NCBI RefSeq assembly: GCF_964204645.1
Contig: NC_134034.1
Span: forward strand, 3,303,814-3,367,813
Length of the DNA stretch: 64,000 bases
From: Tubulanus polymorphus
Taxonomy: Eukaryota; Animalia; Nemertea
Reading direction: 5' to 3'
Part shown: in pieces, positions 58,701-64,000 of the stretch
Numbering within the stretch: the stretch's first letter is position 1
Layout: every line of letters begins with the position of its first letter
The notes under the pieces: model-generated
What the model saw: the letters and a program-made list of their open reading frames with translations, nothing else
Database searches by the model: none
What the model was told of the DNA's origin: nothing
Made by a program: the position numbers and the translations under genes

Positions 58701-61700
58701 GAAAGGTGAGCTGAGCAACCTGATACCCGATCACCAGAAGAAGGTGAAAGAATTTCGAGCGAAGCATGGAGGTACGAAGATCGGTGACATCACCGTCGAT
58801 ATGGTACGTATACGTCAGTTAATAATTCATTACTGTATTGTAGACCCTGCAGAGCATCCTCACTTGCCACAAGTGGAATCTTCTATTTTCACAGGAGTAA
58901 CTGATGTGAAAATAGAATTGTCCTCCTGCACACTAGTAACCACTGGTGGATCCTCACTTGCCAGAAGTGGAGTGCACTATTGCTGCAGTAGTCTTTACAC
59001 TTCCCTGCTTGCCATTAGTGGAGTCCTCTGTTGCAGCATAGTTGATGTCCTACTGCACACTAGTGACACCTTGTGGATCCTCACTTGCCAGAAGTGTAGA
59101 GTCCTTAATTGCACTAGTTAATCTCCAACTAGTGATACCTGGTGGATCCTCACTTCTTGCCACAATGACAACACAAAAGCTGTATCATAAATATTTAAGA
59201 CACTATACAGTGAGGTATCATTTTACAGTCTTCGTAATGTTAGACGTATTACAGAACAGCGTGTATGTTTTATCTAGATGTATCATGGTAGACTGTCTAT
59301 TGTTTTAGATGTACTACGGTACGATATCTGTATTCTTAGATGTATTATTAGGGTACAATTTTGATATTTTTAGATGTATTGCGGTAAGATGTTTGTATTT
59401 TTAGATGTATTACGGTAAGATGTATGTATTTTTAGATGTATTACGGTATGAATTTGGTATTTTTCAGACGTACGGCGGCATGCGGGGAATGAAAGGTCTC
59501 GTCTGCGAGACGTCGGTCCTCGATCCCGAAGAGGGCATCCGTTTCCGCGGCTACAGCATCCCCGAGTGTCAGCAGCTTCTGCCGAAAGCGGCTGACGGCG
59601 CCGAGCCGCTCCCCGAAGGTCTGTTCTGGCTACTGTGTACTGGCAAAGTGCCAACCGACGAACAAGTGAAACTCGTTTCGCAGGTATAGTAGTGTTAACC
59701 CCCTACCATCAGTTCCCTATTTCAGCTAGCCGGTCATCGGACATTGTCCATCTATGCAATGATCTGCTTTCATTTCATCCACATTTTCACTCTTTAACTA
59801 CTTGATTAAACTCGTTTACGAACTATTCACATCATTTAGGTCAGATTAAAAAGGTGCGTTCACACAAAATTAATTAGACCGGTCTAAATTTGATTCAAAT
59901 TGGATCAGACACAATAGATAAGCACTCGGCTTGGATAATTGACCCCTAAAATTTAGGTAAACATTCCCTAAGAAGAACCCTATAAAACGACCTAAAGTTC
60001 TGGAGTAACCAATCTGTAGGAAACATGTCGATACTGACTGTGCCCAAAGAGTGACGACTTTCAAACACATTTAGCTTCACCCTTAACCCTTTCAGTGCTG
60101 ACTAACCAATACCCTATAGTGCTGGAGATGATTCAGAAATTTTGAAAAATTCCGCCCTAGTGTGTTGAATAACGGGAATACCACTATAGTGCGTCTACAC
60201 CGCGGCGCCGTGTACCGTTAGTTACTAATATTTCACTATGTTTGACAGGTGCTGCCATCTTTCAATAGAGTTAAAAACTAATTACACCACTGCAGTGTAC
60301 TAGCAAAATCCATCACTGATTTGTACACCGCACTGCGGTGTATACGCACTGAAAGGGTTAAAACAAGGCTTCTTCACGCTATGATATTCACAGTTCAATT
60401 GTCCGTTAGAAATCAAGCATAGTCGCACGTGAAGAATCCATGTTCTCGCTTTGCTCGTTTCTGTTAACGCTCTCATGTCGGTTCCCTATTTCACCCGGTC
60501 TGCTGGAAATCCTTCAATCTTTTGTTACTTTTTTTTTGCCAGGAATGGGCGTCGCGTGCGTCGATACCGCAGCACGTCGTGCAGATGTTGAACTCGTTCC
60601 CGAACAACATGCACCCGATGTCTCAGTTCAGCGCGGCGATCACCGCCTTGAACACCGAATCGAAATTCGCGAAGGCCTACTCGGACGGAGTGTCGAAAGC
60701 GTCGTACTGGGAGGTAAGCAGCGCGTTGAGAAAGATATACAGATCTAAAGGAATCTTCGATTGCCACTGTTGTAACACTGGTGGAAGAGTCCCCAATCGC
60801 TGCCGTAGTAATAGATTTTACTAGCATCCTTGACAGCCAGTGGATTGAGGATTCCTCAACTGCCACAGTAGCACTCGGAGTTCCTCAATTGCCATCCCCT
60901 GCCATGGTAGGATCTAGAATTGCCCCATTGCCGATCGACCAACTATTTTGTAGCAACACCTAGTGGATCCGCACTTGACATAAGTGGAATCCTCTTGTAT
61001 GCAGTAATTAACGTCCTTACTGCACACTAGCGACACTTGGTGGACCCTCACTTGCCATAAGTGGAATCCTCTTGTATGGGGTAATTAACGCCCTACTGCA
61101 CACTAGCGACACCAGGTGGATCCTCACTTGCCATGAGTAGAATTCTCAATTGCCACAATATTTCATGTCTTAACTGTAATTTGCGACATGGGGTGGATCT
61201 TCAAGCACAAGTGAATCCTCTATTGCCGCGAATTTGATAATTAACTGCATCTGACTGGAATCCTCAATTGTGACAGTAGCTGTTGTCCTACTGCACAATA
61301 GCGACACCTGGTGGATCCTCACGTGACAGTTTATGTTGGAAACCTGTCGAGTCGTCACTTTGAAACTAAAATGCTTGTGGCGGATTTACCTTTCAGTACG
61401 CATACGAAGACAGCATGGATCTGATCGCGAAACTGCCGACGATCGCCGCGTTGATCTACCGTAATTTATACCGCGACGGTAAAGTGTGCGCGATCGACGA
61501 CAACCTCGACTGGTCGGCGAACTTCGCCAAGATGCTCGGTTACGACAGCCCGATGTTTACCGAACTGATGAGGCTTTACCTCACCATTCACAGGTACGTA
61601 AAACAAAAGATAGCTTTTCATAACGGCCAGGAGCTGCAGTTGCTTTAAAGTTGGTTATAGATAACTGGCAGATGAATACGATAGTAACAATGAACTTTGA

Positions 61701-63631
61701 ATTGTCATTACGTCGCTTATCCACTAGTTAACTACATTGTTGAGCAACTGGCTCCAGGGCCATTTGTGGGAGTCATGACTCGTGTTAAAATTGCTCTTTA
61801 TTCATGAAGCTGGTCTTGAGTTCTTGGATTGGTCAAATGGAACTGAGATGGTCTATTCTAAGACTGGTTTTAAATCTAAGCCATGACCGCAACTGGTCTG
61901 CCTGACAGTTGGTTATTTTCAACGCTTCAACCAACCTTCTCTTGATGTTCAAATGTTCCAATAATGTCCACTTCGAATGAGTCTTCAAAAAGGAGCTACA
62001 ATAACCTTGCCTTACTCTGACATAACCAACTTTCAACTGACTCGGACCGAAGGCGAAAGTGAATTCATTTTCCGATTGCCACGCTGCTATTGAGATAACA
62101 ATTTCTAATTGCAGCGATCACGAGGGAGGTAACGTCAGCGCACACACCTGCCACCTGGTGGGCTCCGCATTGTCTGACCCGTATTTATCATTCGCTGCCG
62201 GTATGAACGGTTTAGCCGGACCACTTCACGGATTAGCCAATCAGGTAGGTCAAATCTTTTACTCGTTGGATTTTTATGAGGTTAAGCTTTAATCGTCTCG
62301 GATCCACTAGTTGGATCCTCTATTGTCGCAGTAGTTGATGTTCTATTGCATATTAGTGACACCTGGTGGATCCTCATTTGCCACTAGTGGAATACTCTAT
62401 TGCCACAGTAGTTGATGTCCTACAGCACACTGGCGACACCTAGTTGATCCTCATTTGCCACTAGTGGAATCTTCTATTGCAACATTTGTTGATGTCCTAC
62501 TGCACACAAGAGACATCTGGTGGATCCTAACTTGCCATAAGTTGAACCATCCTTTGCTGCAGTAATTTATGTCCTAATGCACACTAGCGACACCTGTTGG
62601 ATCCTCACAAGCTCCAATTGTAATTTTCTATTTCCACTTTAGTGTATACATGTACATTTGTAACAAGTATGTTGTAATATTTGTTTCTTTTTTGTTCGGG
62701 TTCTTTAGGAGGTGTTAGTTTGGTTGATGAAGGTTAAAGGGCTAGTCGGCGAAGTCACCGATGAGACGATGAAAGAATTCATCTGGAAGACCCTGAAGAG
62801 TGGACAGGTTAGTAGCGATTCAGTATGCAGTTATACCTCGGGTCGTGGCTCATTGGGGCTGTAGGGTGTTTTTGGGTGTTGTAAGACTCCTCGCTAAATG
62901 AAGCTTGTTCTTCAAAAACATTGGATATGTCAGAATTTTCGGCACATGCATAAACCAAATCACGCTAGCGTCACCTGGTGGATCCTCACTTTTCACAAGT
63001 TGAATCCTCTATTGCCACAGCAGTTGTTGTTGGAACTCTAGTGACACTTGGTGGAACCTAACTCAGAGTGGCCTGGAAATCCTCGAACACTCTAAATCTA
63101 GAAGATAACAGTGAAAACTTTGACAAATTTCACAAAAAACCTGAAAACTCAGATGGGAATTCAGATAATGTTATTGACCACATTTTCCTAATCAATATGC
63201 AATTCAATGAGAAATGAGTAAGTCCATTATTAATCTATTACCACAGCAGTAGTTGATGTCCTACTGCACACTAACGACACCTAGTGGATCACAACTCGGA
63301 AGTGGAATCCTTTATACTGCCAGAGTTATGAGAATGGTGCTGCAACATCATCGATAATCGTAAAAAAATCGATAATCGATACTTTTATCGATAATTCGAT
63401 GTTTTAATCTCGTTACTGCAGGTAGTGCCGGGCTACGGGCACGCCGTGTTGCGTAAGACCGACCCGCGGTACACGTGTCAACGCGAGTTCGCCCTGAAGC
63501 ACCTGCCCGACGACCCGATGTTCAAGCTCGTGTCGACGATCTACAAACACGCGCCGACCATCCTCACCGAACACGGCAAAGCGAAGAATCCGTGGCCGAA
63601 CGTCGACGCCCACAGCGGCGTTCTACTTACC
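52798..63631 (+). CDS. CS: Mitochondrial citrate synthase; 3' exon(s) lie beyond the window
   Basis: Exons 52798-52845 ([16 protein letters not shown]), 54451-54504, 58696-58803, 59468-59683 ([27 protein letters not shown]), 60543-60713, 61397-61593, 62115-62244 ([23 protein letters not shown]), 62709-62807, 63422-63631 ([24 protein letters not shown]). Catalytic His/His/Asp are present. The first two exons are less certain. Confidence 0.97.
53180..53665. mobile_element. ~486-bp foldback MITE in CS intron 1
   Basis: GTCTATTTCAACCTGACTTGAGAGCAT / ATGCTCTCAAGTCAGGTTGAAATAGAC; the arms pair almost to the centre near 53418. Confidence 0.85.
53712..54027. mobile_element. Mutator-like MITE (9-bp TSD) with B-box TIRs
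   Basis: GTAGAAATT at 53703-53711 and 54028-54036; inverted ends containing GGGATTCGAACC / GGTTCGAATCCC. Confidence 0.82.
54114..54411. repeat. MITE internally amplified into 3 tandem ~91-bp units
   Basis: CCGGGGGCTAACT..ATTGAAAATGAATT..CCCGGGTTAAAG.TAATACCAGTCAATAAAACC repeated three times; monomer at 27864-27980. Confidence 0.85.
58265..58552. mobile_element. piggyBac-like MITE
   Basis: TTAA|CCCTTTCAGTG...CACTGAAAGGG|TTAA; second copy at 60087-60357. Confidence 0.88.
59300..59455. repeat. ~30-bp tandem repeat abutting a CS splice acceptor
   Basis: Recurring TTTAGATGTATTACGGTAAGATGTATGTAT. Confidence 0.8.
60087..60357. mobile_element. piggyBac-like MITE, copy 2
   Basis: TTAA TSD, CCCTTTCAGTG TIR, internal similarity to 58265-58552. 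Confidence 0.88.
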
Positions 63632-63695
63632 GTGAGTATTCCGCGGAGCTCTCCGCAATTTCAGAGGGATCAGAAGCCACCGAGAACTAATAACC

Positions 63696-64000
63696 AAAGT
63701 ATTCATCCGTCCCCTTATGACATCATCAAATCACCTGTTGGGGTCATGCGAATGGGTGAAAGTATTCATTAATCCCCTTATGACATCATCAAATTAGTTC
63801 GTGCGATATGGTGAAAGTATTCATCTATCCCCTTATGACATCATCAAATCACCTGCTGATTTCATGCGAATGGGTCGAAAGTTTTCATCGATCCCCTTGT
63901 GACATCATCAAATTAGTTCGTGCGATATGGTGAAAGTATTCATCTATCCCCTTATGACATCATCAAATCACCTGCTGATTTCATGTGAATGGGTCGAAAG
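63696..64000. repeat. Tandem minisatellite with alternating ~63/57-bp monomers, runs off the window
   Basis: CCCCTT(A/G)TGACATCATCAAAT is followed alternately by CACCTG.. and TAGTTCGTGCGATATGG. Confidence 0.88.

Larger units (their letters stand above)
58850..63330. repeat. Clusters of a dispersed ~77-bp repeat in CS introns (58850-59165, 60755-61325, 62300-62610, 62965-63330)
   Basis: Unit GTAGTTGATGTCCTACTGCACACTAGCGACACCTGGTGGATCCTCACTTGCCACAAGTGGAATCCTCTATTGCCACA; period 77 at 62331/62408. Confidence 0.85.

Overview
Eukaryotic, intron-rich and repeat-rich animal DNA; gene content suggests a marine invertebrate, but the taxon cannot be fixed from sequence alone. Seven genes were reconstructed by hand from GT-AG junctions with consistent intron phases: (1) single-exon orphan class A GPCR (1407-2387, -); (2) 12-exon secreted astacin-TSP1-MAM protein (3288-13722, -) with the catalytic Glu replaced by Gln (HQLMH) and the Met-turn Tyr by Phe; (3) 7-exon secreted protein with three divergent CUB-like repeats (19656-22334, -), plus an orphan paralogous exon; (4) a second single-exon GPCR (28245-29441, -); (5) 11-exon divergent ionotropic glutamate receptor-family subunit (35913-46072, +); (6) C2H2 protein with 19 intact fingers (49523-51955, +); (7) mitochondrial citrate synthase (52798 to beyond the window end, +). 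The most striking structure is a ~2.15-kb inverted duplication (31149-33298 vs 45658-48329) that brackets the receptor gene and puts an intact copy of its last exon at each end, so flipping the 12.4-kb interior would still give a complete gene. Also present are solo LTRs with target-site duplications (TSDs), MITEs of IS3EU-, Mutator-, PIF/Harbinger- and piggyBac-like type, tRNA-derived SINEs, LINE relics and a dispersed ~77-bp repeat with a CTCF-like core. No CRISPR array, rRNA or convincing tRNA gene was found.
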